Made by a program: the position numbers and the translations under genes. Shown here piece after piece: positions 51,289 to 62,881 of a DNA stretch of 64,000 nucleotides. Below the pieces are notes generated by a model. The model was given only the letters and a program-made list of their open reading frames with translations, had not been told where the DNA came from and made no database searches. Position 1 is the stretch's first letter. Each line of letters begins with the position of its first letter. Origin of the DNA: Pristiophorus japonicus (Eukaryota); the NCBI RefSeq assembly GCF_044704955.1, contig NC_091998.1:41726001-41790000 (forward strand), given 5' to 3'.

Positions 51289-51469
51289 GTGTCATGTGAG
51301 TTGTGGAGTGCGTGCCAATTTCCTGCTGTGCGAGTTCACATTGCAACAGGTAGTCTTGCCGGCAGCCAACAGAATGGAGGAGCTAATTGAGGTGAAACAT
51401 GATCTGCCGGTGACGGCCTCGTGCAACCTGTGGGAAGACGAACTCTGCAAACGGGACAATGGTCCATAG
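51289..51469 (+). CDS. Coding exon 6, terminal (181 nt to TAG)
   Basis: Acceptor ttgctctgcgtgctgacag|; CHVSCGVRANFLLCEFTLQQVVLPAANRMEELIEVKHDLPVTASCNLWEDELCKRDNGP*; phase 2 fits. Absent from the ORF track. Confidence 0.75.
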
Positions 51470-51763
51470 CTGCGGGCAGGAAAGGCAGGAATAGACTCGC
51501 CATAAAGCTGTTTATTGACGGGTTGCTGCAAGTTATTGGTTGTTTGGGCACAGTTTGAAATGCCACCTCAAGCATTCCCGAAAGGTCACAGGACTTGGTG
51601 AAAATCCTGGGAAACAGCAACCTGGACAAAGGAAACAGTCGGCCAGCTTTGTTACAAGGTTCGACAGCGTAGATAATGGTTCCAAGGATCACGGTGACTC
51701 AACTACCTTCATCTTCTCTAATCCCTTGTGATTCGTCACGGTTTCCTTTGGGTTTCACTGCGT

Positions 51764-52230
51764 GTCAGCTGTGGCTCAGTGGGTAGCACCCTTGCCTTGG
51801 AGTCAGAAGATTGTGGGTTCAAGTCCCACTCCAGAGACTTGAGTGCCAAGATCGAGGCTGACACTCCAGTGCCGTGCTGAGGGAGTGCCGCCTGTTGGAG
51901 GTGCCGTCTTTTGGATGAGACGCTAAACCGAGGCCCTGTCTGCTCTCTCAAGTGGGCATTAAAAGATCCCATGGCACTATTTCAAAGAAGAAGAGCAGGG
52001 GAGTTATTGGTGTCTTGGCCAATATTTATCCTTCAATCAACATAACAAAAACAGATTATCTGGTCATTATCACATTGCTGATTGTGGGAGCTTGCTGTGC
52101 GCAAATTGGCTGCCGCGTTTCCTACATTACAACAGTGACTACACTCCAAAAGTACTTCATTGGCTGTAAAGTGCTTTGGATCGTCTGGTGGTTGTGAAAG
52201 GTGCTATATAAATGTAAGTCTTTCTTTCTC
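51764..52230 (+). mobile_element. DeuSINE-type SINE, full length
   Basis: Complete head-core-tail. Confidence 0.9.
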
Positions 52231-53027
52231 TATGCTCATGAAGGTTTGGGCAAAAAAGGAATGTAAACCCTTTATACAACATTCACAAATTTGAGAACAC
52301 GGTTGATTGAAGGGTACACAGAAAGCTGTGGGAACACTAAATATGTGAATAAGGTAATATATCCTAATTGATACTTATGCAAAGACGGTGAAACCATACA
52401 CTCGTTAACCTTGCTCTTCCTCGACCAATGAGACAGAGGTGACAGCATTACAGACTTTGACCGGGGAATGTGTGCTGTCACGAGGAGGTTGCTGACGGCG
52501 TGTTTACCAACATTGCAAAATAGTCCCATATCTGAACCCGTGAGAAAGTGTTTCCACCAAAATACATCGTTTGCCTAAAGGGCCTGATGAGGGGAGGGCG
52601 GAGAAACAGGGCTGGATTGTGGGCCTGATGGGCCTGGGGCAAAGTGATCGCAATGGGCCGATAATTATGTTTGTTCATGTTCATTACATTACGTCTATGA
52701 TTCTGATTCTGAGGTTGAAAACATAGAGCAGTATACGCAACAATGAAAGCATATATTCTGTATCAAGTAGGTATATGGTCTGGTTTGGGTACCATTGCAA
52801 TACTAGATTGCTATACATACATGCAAATTTCTCTCAATAACATGTGAAATAATGCAGGCTAGTACATATTCTGCTTTGTTTATCGGTACATTAGTGTATA
52901 TAGGTATAAACAAGTGAATCTATTTTCCTCGGTCGTGTTTTTTCTCCCTTATTGTCTATTCTACTCAGCTGATTTTGGAGGCCTGATATTATTTTCCTAT
53001 ATTTATTTAGTGGGCCTGGGGCTGCAG

Positions 53028-54478
53028 CCCAATCCGCCCCGCGGTCAATCCACCCCGCGGTCAATCCGCCCCACGGTCAATGGTCAATCCACCCCACGGT
53101 CAATCCATCCCGCGGTCAATCCGCCCCGTGGTCAATCCACCCCGCGGTCAATCCGCCCCATGGTCAATGGTCAATCCACCCCACGGTCAATCCACCCCGC
53201 GGTCAATCCACCCCGCGGTCAATCCGCCCCACGGTCAATGGTCAATCCACACCGCGGTTAATCCACCCCGCGGTCAATGGTCAATCCGCTCCATGGTCAA
53301 TGGTCAATCTGCCCCGTGGTCAATGGTCAATCCGCTCCATGGTCAATGGTAAATCCGCCCCGTGGTCAATGGTCAATCCACCCCGCGGTCAATCCGCCTC
53401 ATGGTCAATGGTCAATCCGCCCCGTGGTCAATGGTCACTCTGCCCCGTGGTCAATCTGCCCCGTGGTCAATGGTCAATCCGCCCCATGGTCAATGGTCAA
53501 TCCGCCCTGCGGTCAATGGTCAATCCGCCCCGCAGTTAATCTGCCCGGTAGTCAATGGTCAATCCGCCTCATGGTTAATGGTCAATCCGCCCCGCGGTCA
53601 ATGGCCAATCCGCCTCATGGTCAATGGTCAATCCGCCACGTGGTCAATGGTCAATCCGCCTCATGGTCAATGGTCAATCCGCCACGTGGTCAATCCGCCC
53701 CATGGTCAATGGTCACTCCGCCCTGTGGTCAATCCGCCCTGCAGTCAATGGTCAATCCGCCCCATGGTCAATGGTCACTCCGCCCCGTAGTCAATCCACC
53801 CCATGGTCAATGGTCACTCCGCCCTGTGGTCAATCCGCCCTGCAGTCAATGGTCAATCCACCCCATGGTCAATGGTCAATCTGCCCCGTGGTCAATCCGC
53901 TCCGTGGTCAATCCGCCCCGTGGTCAATGGTCAATCCACCCGGTGGTCAATGGTCAATCCGCCCCGTGGTCAATCCGCCCCGCGGTCAATGGTCAATCCA
54001 CCACGTGGTCAATGGTCAATTCGCCCCGTGGTCAATCCGCCCCGTGGTCAATGGTCAATCCACCCCGTGGTCAATGGTCAATCCGCCCCGTGGTCAATGG
54101 TCAATCTGCCCCGTGGTCAATAGTCAATCCACCCCGCGGTCAATGGTCAATACGCTCCGTGATCAATGGTCAATCCGCCCCGTGGTCAATCCGCCCCATG
54201 GTCAATGGTCAATCCACCCCGTGGTCAATGGTCAATCCGCCCCGTGGTCAATCCGCCCCGTGGTCAATGGTCAATCCGCCCCGTGGTCAATGGTCAATCC
54301 GCCCCGTGGTCAATCTGCCCTGCGGTCAATGGTCAATCCGCCCCGCGGTCAATGGTCAATCCGCCCCGCAGTCAATCCACCCCGCGGTCAATCCTCCCTG
54401 TGGTCAATGGTCAATCCGCCCCGCGGTCAATGGTCAATCCGCCCCCCGGTCAATGGTCAATCTGCCCCGTGGTCAATG
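53028..54478. repeat. GGTCAAT-based minisatellite (mixed 16- and 23-bp units), left arm
   Basis: ggtcaat(ggtcaat)ccgccccgt-type units repeated over about 1.45 kb. Confidence 0.95.
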
Positions 54479-57400
54479 GGGACGATACTGAGAATGACGT
54501 GAGTAGCACGTGTAGCGAGTTGGTCTTACTGCAGGTGAAGGGTCCACAGCCAGCTAGGGAATGGAAGACCAGCAGGAAGAGCAGTGCAAGGAAGGTAGTG
54601 CAGGGGTCCCCTGCGGTCATCCCCCTGCAAAACAGATACACCGTTTTGAGTACTGTTGAGGGGGATGACTCATCAGGGGAGGGCAGCAGCAGCCAAGTTC
54701 ATGGCACCATGGCTGGCTCTGCTGCACAGAAGGGTGGGAAAAAGAGTGGGAGAGCTATAGTAATAGGGGACTCTATTGTAAGGGGAATAGATAGGAGTTT
54801 CTGCAGCCGCAACTGAGACTCCAGGATGGTATGTTGCCTCCCTGGTGCAAGGGTCAAGGATGTCTCGGAGCAGCTGCAGAGCATTCTGGAGAGGGAGGGT
54901 GAACAGCCAGTTGTTGTGGTACATGTAGATACCAACGATATAGGTAAGAAGCAGGAAGAGGTCCAACAAGCTGAATTTAGGGAGCTAGGAGTTAAATTAA
55001 AAAGTAGGACCTCAAAGGTAGTAATCTCTGGATTGCTACCAGTGCCACGTGCTAATCAGAGTAGAGGGAGCAGGATAGTTAAAATAAATACGTGGCTTGA
55101 GCAGTGGTGCAAGAGGGAGGGATTCAAATTCCTGGGACATTGGAACCAGTTCTGGGGGAAGTGGGACCTGTATAAAAGGGACGGTCTGCTTTTGGGCAGG
55201 ACTGGAACTGATGTCCTAGGGGTAACATTTGCGAATGCAGTTCGGGAGTGTTTAAACTAATATGGCAGGGGGATGGGAACCTATGCAGCGAGAAAGGGCG
55301 AAGTAATATGGAGTCAGAAACAGATGGTAGAAAGGTAAAAAGCAATAGTGGAAGGCCGAGTAAACAAAGGCAAGAAACAAAAATGGCCACACTACATCAT
55401 AATTCTAAAAGGACAAAGGGTGTTAAAAAAACAAACCTGAAGGCTTTGTGTCTTAATGCAAGGAGTATCCATAATAAGGTGGATGAATTAACTGTGCAAA
55501 TAGATGTTAACGGATATGATGTGATTGGGATTACAGAGACGTGGCTCCAGGATGATCAGGGCTGGGAACTCAACATCCATGGGTATTCAACATTCAGGAA
55601 GGATAGAATAAAAGGAAAAGGAGGTGGGGTAGCATTGCTGGTTAAAGAGGAGATTAATGCAATAGTTCGGAAGGACATTAGCTTGGATGATGTGGAATCT
55701 ATATGGGTAGAGCTGCAGAACACCAAAGGGCAAAAAACGTTAGTGGGAGTTGTGTACAGATCTCCAAACAGTAGTAGTGATGTTGGGGAGGGCATCAAAC
55801 AGGAAATTAGGGGTGCATGCAATAAAGGTGCAGCAGTTATCATGGGTGACTTTAATATGCATATGGATTGGGCTAACCAAACTGGAAGCAATATGGTGGA
55901 GGAGGATTTCCTGGAGTGTATAAGGGATGGTTTTCTAGACCAATATGTCGAGGAACCAACTAGAGGGGAGGCCATCTTAGACTGGATGATGTGTAATGAG
56001 AGAGGATTAATTAGTAATCTCGTTGTGCGAGGCCCCTTGGGGCAGAGAGACCATAATATGGTGGAATTCTACATTAGGATGGAGAATGAAACAGTTAATT
56101 CAGAGACCATGGTCCAGAACTTAAAGAAGGGTAACTTTGAAGGTATGAGGCGTGAATTGGCTAGGATAGATTGGCGCATGATACTAAAGGGGTTGACAGT
56201 GGATGGGCAATGGCAGACATTTAGAGACTGCATGGATGAACTACAACAATTGTACATCCCTGTTTGGCGTAAAAATAAAAAAGGGAAGATGGCTCAACCG
56301 TGGCTATCAAGGGAAATCAGGGATAGTATTAAAGCCAAGGAAGTGGCATACAAATTGGCCAGAAATAGCAGTGAACCTGGGGACTGGGAGAAATTTAGAA
56401 CTCAGCAGAGGAGGACAAAGGGTTTGATTAGGGCAGGGAAAATAGAGGAAGCTTGCAGGAAACATTAAGACGGACTGCAAAAGTTTCTATAGATATGTAA
56501 AGAGAAAAAGGTTAGTAAAGACAAACGTAGGTCCCCTGCAGTCAAAATCAGGCGAAGTCATAATGGGGAACAAAGAAATGGCGGACCAATTGAACAAGTA
56601 CTTTGGTTCGGTATTCACTAAGGAGGACACAAACAATCTTCTGGATATAAAAGGGATCAGAGGATCTAGTAAGAAGGAGGAACTGAGGGAAATCCTTATT
56701 AGGTGGGAAATTGTGTTGGGGAAATTGATGGGATTGAAGGCCGATAAATCCCCAGGGCCTGATGGACTGCATCCCAGAGTACTTAAGGAAATAGCGTTGG
56801 AAATAGCGGATGCATTGACAGTCATTTTCCAACATTCCATCGACTCTGGATCAGTTCCTATCGAGTGGAGGGTAGCCAATGTAACCCCACTTTTTAAAAA
56901 AGGAGGGAGAGAGAAAACAGGGAATTATGGACCGGTCAGCCTGACATCAATAGTGGGTAAAATGATGGAATCAATTATTAAGGATGTCATAGCAGCGCAT
57001 TTGGAAAGAGGTGACATGATAGGTCCAAGTCAGCATGGATTTGTGAAAGGGAAATCATGCTTGACAAATCTTCTGGAATTTTTTGAGGATGTTTCCAGTG
57101 GAGTGGACAAGGGAGAACCAGTTGATGTGGTATATTTGGACATTCAGAAGGCTTTCGACAAGGTCCCACACAAGAGATTAATGTGCAAAGTTAAAGCACA
57201 TGGGATTGGGGGTAGTGTGCTGACATGGATTGAGAACTGGTTGTCAGACAGAAAGCAAAGAGTAGGAGTAAATGGGTACTTTTCAGAATGGCAGGCAGTG
57301 ACTAGTGGGGTACCGCAAGGTTCTGTGCTGGGTCCCCAGCTGTTTACATTGTACATTAATGATTTGGACAAGGGGATTAAATGTAGTATCTCCAAATTTG

Positions 57401-58332
57401 CGGATGACACTAAGTTGGGTGGCAGTGTGAGCTGCGAGGAGGATGCTATGAGACTGCAGAGTGACTTGGATAGGTTAGGTGAGTGGGCAAATGCATGGCA
57501 GATGAAGTATAATGTGGATAAATGTGAAGTTATCCACTTTGGTGGTAAAAACAGAGAGACAGACTATTATCTGAATGGTGACAGATTAGGAAAAGGGGAG
57601 GTGCAACGAGACCTGGGTGTCATGGTACATCAGTCATTGAAGGTTGGCATGCAGGTACAGCAGGCGGTTAAGAAAGCAAATGGCATGTTGGCCTTCATAG
57701 CGAGGGGATTTGAGTACAGGGGCAGGGAGGTATTGCTACAGTTGTACAGGGCCTTGGTGAGGCCACACCTGGAGTATTGTGTACAGTTTTGGTCTCCTAA
57801 CTTGAGGAAGGACATTCTTGCTATTGAGGGAGTGCAGCGAAGGTTCACCAGACTGATTCCCGGGATGGCGGGACTGACATATCAAGAAAGAGTGGATCAA
57901 CTGGGCTTGTATTCACTGGAGTTCAGAAGAATGAGAGGGGATCTCATAGAAACGTTTAAAATTCTGATGGGTTTAGACAGGTTAAATGCAGGAAGAATGT
58001 TCCCAATGTTGGGGAAGTCCAGAACCAGGGGTCACAGTCTAAGGATAAGGGGTAAGCCATTTAGGACTGAGATGAGGAGAAACTTCTTCACCCAGAGAAT
58101 GGTGAACCTGTGGAATTCTCTACCACAGAAAGTTGTTGAGGCCAATTCACTAAATATATTCAAAAAGGAGTTAGATATAGTCCTTACTACTAGGGGGATC
58201 AAGGGGTATGGCGAGAAAGCAGAAATGGGGTACTGAGGTTGCATGTTCAGCCATGAACTCATTGAATGGCAGTGCAGGCTTGAAGGGCCGAATGGCCTAC
58301 TCCTGCACCTATTTTCTATGTTTCTATGTTTC
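54479..58332 (+). mobile_element. Near-complete CR1 LINE (subfamily A): truncated esterase ORF1 plus ORF2 with one frameshift
   Basis: ORF1 VIGDSIVRG...VVVHVDTND (SGNH-type; stop at 54814-54816); ORF2 55248..56468 (APE) and 56563..58236 (RT, FADDTKL); ttctatgtttctatgtttct tail. Confidence 0.95.
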
Positions 58333-58334
58333 TC

Positions 58335-58638
58335 TGTCAATCCGCCCCACGGTCAATGGTCAATCAGCCCCGCGGTTAATCCACCCCGCGGTCAATGGTC
58401 AATCAGCCCCGCGGTCAATCCGCCCTGTGGTCAATCCTCCCTGTGGTCAATGGTCAATCCACCCTGCAGTCAATCCACCCCGTGGTCAATCCTCCCTGTG
58501 GTCAATGGTCAATCCGCTCCGCAGTCAATCCACCCCGTGGTCAATCCTCCCTGTGGTCAATGGTCAATCCGCCCCGTGGTCAATGGTTAATCTGCCCCGT
58601 GGTCAATGGTCAATCCGCCCCATGGTCACTCTGCCCCT
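58335..58638. repeat. GGTCAAT minisatellite, right arm
   Basis: The same units resume immediately after the CR1 tail. Confidence 0.95.
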
Positions 58639-58779
58639 GATTGTCCAGCTAGGACAACATTCGTTTTTCGACCAAAGTTTCAGTCAGCTGTCCAAGTGCG
58701 TGGGTTATCTCCAGTCCTTGCGGTCTGTAATTGAGAAATCTGGGTTCACGGAGGGACAGTGGCAACTCTAGAAACGTAC

Positions 58780-59420
58780 TGGGCCCAAGTTTGGTGGAAG
58801 CTTAGTCCCACCCAAGTACCATCCGACGGCCCGCTGAGATCCTGAAGGTACTTTGGGCGGAAGGTTCGTGAAAGTTTTTTTTACCGGCGGCAAAAATGAG
58901 CCTTGCACACCGATTCTGGGCGGCAGTGGGTGGGAGCTCCCATTCTGGGCGGCAAATGCGATCCTAGGCAAAGTATCGCCGAGATAGAGTCGGGCCCTGG
59001 GGGGGGGGGACAACTGATAATATAAAAAGTTTTCAAAAAATGTTTTTAAAAACACCAGAAATCCTTCAGGTGACCCCATCCACCTGAATCCATGCAAAGG
59101 AAATAAAGAAAAGAAGGGTACTAACCTGTTTTTGCCGATCTTCACACTTACCGTTGAGGTTAGACCTGCCTCCATGCAATGGCCTCTTCTGCTACTGGAG
59201 CGGGGGACCGCCCTGACCAAACTGGGGACGCAGCGGGCTGGAGGACTTTTGTCGGCGCTACACGCTGGCACACGCCATCGGACGCTACCCAGGAATCTTC
59301 TCTCCCCGCCGGCATGGGGACTTGACCAAACTCACTCGGAGGGGAGAGCGCCCAAAAAACATCGAGACCACCGAGACCGTCGACCAAACTCGGGCCCAAT
59401 GACTCTTGAGAAGCTTCTTC
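58780..59420. mobile_element. Probable MITE-like element
   Basis: gggcccaagtttgg at 58781 and ccaaactcgggccc near 59384-59397 are inverted repeats. Confidence 0.5.
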
Positions 59421-59699
59421 TCCACAAACGTGAGACTGTCTGTAAGAGTTCGGGAGCAACTCTGCACACCTTAACGCTTTCAGTATCTGAAATAAGGTGA
59501 GATCTCCTCTAGACTGTGTGCTTGCAGTGCTCCATCCAGCATATTGCAAAGGAAGGTTCACTCCTGTGATGTTCAGTTAGAGCTGCCTCTGGGAGGGTGG
59601 GCTGGATTTATCCTCACTTCTCGGCTTTTGTGTAACGTTGGAAGGTGCCAAGGCTTATAACGTGGAGTATGATGACACGGCCGCTGATTCAAATATCGT

Positions 59700-60480
59700 T
59701 GGAGCGCTGACAGAGTGTAATCTACAGTGCCATTATTAAACAGAGGCGCAAAGGGATCGAAAGGTACACATTCACAAATCACTAAAAGTAGCAGCACAGG
59801 TTAATAAGGCCATAAATAAAGCAAACCAAGCACTGGGGTACATTTCTAGAGAAAGAAAGAAAGGCTTGCATTTCTATAGCGCCTTTCACGACCACCGGAC
59901 GTCTCAAAGCGCTTTACAGCCAATGAAGTACTTTTGGAGTGCAGTCACTGTTGTAATGTTGGTTGTAATGAGGGATAAAATTGAAAAGCAGAGAAGTTAT
60001 GTTTAGTTGTATCGAACCTTGGTTAGTATATAGTATTAGTATTAGCCAGTCCCTCGTATCGAGGATGACCTGCTTCCACACCAAAAAGGGATGAGTTCAC
60101 AGGTGTTTCAGTGAAGGACCTAATATTCCAGGTCCCGAACTACTTGTTGAAGGGTGGAAGATGTCTGTGCGTGGATTTTTTTAACGTGGGGTGACCGTTG
60201 CACACCAGCCACCACATGGGCTTGACAGAGCTAGGCCTTGGTCCAGTGACAAGGGTTAACCAGGCCGACTGGAGACCAGCTCTGCTTGGTTAGACCACAC
60301 TTGGCATAGCGTTAACAGTTCTGGTCTCCATATTATAAAAAGGATATAGAGGCAGCGTAGAAGCTGCAAAAAAGGATGTACAAGGATGATCTCAGAACTT
60401 AGAGGATATACTTATCAGGACTGGCTAGAGAAGAGAAGAATGAGGGGTGGCATGAAAGAGGTCGTTAAGAAATGTGGGAC
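59700..60480 (+). mobile_element. Old CR1 fragment with inserted SINE tail (59855-59960) and RTE-tailed element (60027-60284, minus)
   Basis: CR1 coding remnants on either side; TSD cttggttag at 60018-26 and 60285-93. Confidence 0.7.
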
Positions 60481-60491
60481 TGGAGGAGGTT

Positions 60492-60875
60492 CATCATCAT
60501 CATCATAGGCAGTCCCTCGGAATCGAGGAAGACTTGCTTCCACTCCTGAAGTGAATTCTTTGGTGGTTGAACATTCCAGTACGAGAGCAACAGTCTCTGT
60601 CACAGGTGGGGCAGATAGTCGATGAGGGAAGGGGTGGGTGGGACTTGCTTGCTGCACACTCTTTCCGCTGCCTGCGCTTGATTTCTGCATGCTCTACATG
60701 GAGGAGTTTACAGAGATAGGGAGGGGCGAGACCATGGAGAGATTTGAAAACAAGAATGAGAATTTTAAAATGGAGTGACTGTTGGACAGGGAGCCAATGT
60801 AGGTCAGCGAGCACAGGGTAATAGGTGAATGGGACTTGGTGCAGGTTAGGGTACGGGCAGCAGAGTTTTGGATGC
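60492..60875 (-). mobile_element. RTE 3' end (60492-60690) next to an L2 fragment (60700-60875)
   Basis: CPTCDRDCCSRTGMFNHQR with (gat)n tail; LADLHWLPVQQ..FKILILVFKSLHGLAPPYL. Confidence 0.75.
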
Positions 60876-61419
60876 GCTTTGAAAACCGTTGAGTATAGTT
60901 ATGAGTAAAAGCATAATTATTGTGAGGATCAGCACAGGAACAGCTTGCCATTGTCTGCAGACTTGTAAAATAAGACTGAACATATGGACAAAAATTCCAG
61001 TACTCTGGCCAATGTCCAACAGGCAAGCATGGAACAATTAAATGAGGTTTATGGGGTCTTGCACGATCTCATAAGTTTGATGAGGGGCTGTTGGCCATAT
61101 GATTTATCATGTCGCTTAGAATGCCAAAGCAAGTGACCAGAACTGATCAAGCAGCTCGCTATCTTGCTCCAGAACCACCAGCCACTCAAGTGCTCCGCTC
61201 TTCTCAATAGACGAATCCTCATCAGGCAGGGTTGAGTCGGAGCGGCAGTGGAAGTGTTGGGTAACATCACCTTTTACCGTCGAAGGAAATCTGTATCAAG
61301 AGAGCCACTTGAAAAAGTGAGCCCAGTGCGTTTCTTTCGAAAGCAGATTTTCAGGAAGGTCAGATTTGAAATGCTTTTGCCATGTGGTTTCAATAGATAG
61401 CCAAAAGTATTCATAAAAT

Positions 61420-61534
61420 TCAAACGTTCATAAAATGAGTGCATGCGCTCAGACATGACGGATTATGCTTCATCTGCTCAAAAGATGTTTCAGAAATTAC
61501 AGTCTCTGTGAGGGGTGCAACAGGTTTTTCAAAT
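61420..61534 (-). CDS. Terminal coding exon of an unidentified minus-strand gene
   Basis: Acceptor ...atattgatgtcag|; (G)FEKPVAPLTETVISETSFEQMKHNPSCLSACTHFMNV*; phase matches the 62882 donor; unique 3' UTR-like sequence to about 60880. Confidence 0.5.
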
Positions 61535-61557
61535 CTGACATCAATATGTTGAAGTAA

Positions 61558-62018
61558 AAAAAGACATGGATTTATATAGCGCCTTTCACAACCACCAGAC
61601 GTCTCAAAGCACTTTACAGCCAATGAAGTAATTTTGGAGTGTAGTCACTGTTGTAATGTGGGAAACACGGCAGCCAATTAGCGCACAGCATGCTCCCACT
61701 AACAGAAATGTGATGATGACCAGATAATCTGTTTCAGTGATGTTGGTTAAGGGATAAATATTGACCAGGACACCGGGGATAACACCCCTGCTCGTCTTCG
61801 AAATAGTGCCGTGGGATATTTTACGTCCACCTGAGAGAGCAGACAGGGCCTCGGTTTAACGTCTCATCTGAAAGACGGCACCTCAGACAGTGCGGCATTC
61901 CCTCACCACTGCACTGGGAGTGTCAGCCTGGATTTTTGTGCTCAAATCTCTGGAGTGGGACTTGAACCCACAACTTTCTGACCCAGAGGCGAGTGTGCTG
62001 CCAACTGAGCCACAGCTG
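61558..62018 (-). mobile_element. DeuSINE-type SINE, full length
   Basis: Complete element in reverse complement. Confidence 0.88.
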
Positions 62019-62159
62019 AAATAGAAATCGATATAAAACCCTGATCTCCGTTTCTCCACCTCCATTGAGAAGCTTCCTATTTAGGGAACATGTTCACCCT
62101 CTTCATTCTCCCAAAATCTACTCTTCACATTTGTCAACATTGAACTGCTTTGGCCACAA

Positions 62160-62793
62160 ATGTTTCCCCTGGCTGGAGATTTTAAAACTAGGGGTCACAG
62201 TCACAGATAAGGGATCGGCCATTTTAGGACAGAGATGAGGAGGAATTTCTTCACGCGGAATGTTGTGAATACTTTGAATTCTCTGCCCCAGAGGGCTGTG
62301 GATGCTGGGTCATTGAGTATATTCAAGGCTGAGATCGATAGATTTTTGAATATTAGGGGAATCAAGGGATATGGGGATTGGGCAGGAAAGTGGAGTTGAG
62401 GTCGATGATCAGCCGTGATCTCATTGAATGGCGGAGCAGGCTCGAGGGGCTGTGTGGCCTACTCCTGCTCCTAATTCTTGTGTTCTTATGTTCTTAGGAG
62501 GATGAGCATCAACAAAGGAAAGAGAACCACATTTACATGGTGCATGAATAAGAGCCAGACTTTCCAGGACTGAAGTTAGGAAACATTTCTACACACAAAG
62601 GGTGGTAGAAGTTTGCAACTCCCTTCTGCAAACGGCAATCGACACTGGATCAATTGTTAATTTTAGATCGAGATTGCTAGCTTTCTGTTAACCAAAGGTA
62701 TTAAGGGATATGGAGTTAGGTTGCAGATCAGCCAGGATCTAATTGAAAGGAGGAAAAGACTCGAGGGGCTGAACGGTCTCCTCCTGTTCCTAT
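62160..62793 (+). mobile_element. Two CR1 3' fragments
   Basis: CR1 ORF2 end and 3' UTR motifs at about 62160-62495 and 62550-62793. Confidence 0.8.
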
Positions 62794-62881
62794 GAATGGC
62801 GTCCTATAAGCTCCACTGCTAATTGCAGGAACTTGGGGATGAAACGGTCGTGTCCTCAGATGTTTTGTTTTAAGTCCATAC

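Noticed and set aside
51764-51840. tRNA-like sequences with A and B boxes (many copies)
   Set aside because: They are SINE heads continuing into SINE core and tail, not tRNA genes.
53080-54816. Long ORFs of 404, 292 and 216 aa (MVNPPRGQWSIR repeats), one fused to CR1 ORF1
   Set aside because: Translations of a stop-poor minisatellite, open in several frames; no evidence of protein coding.
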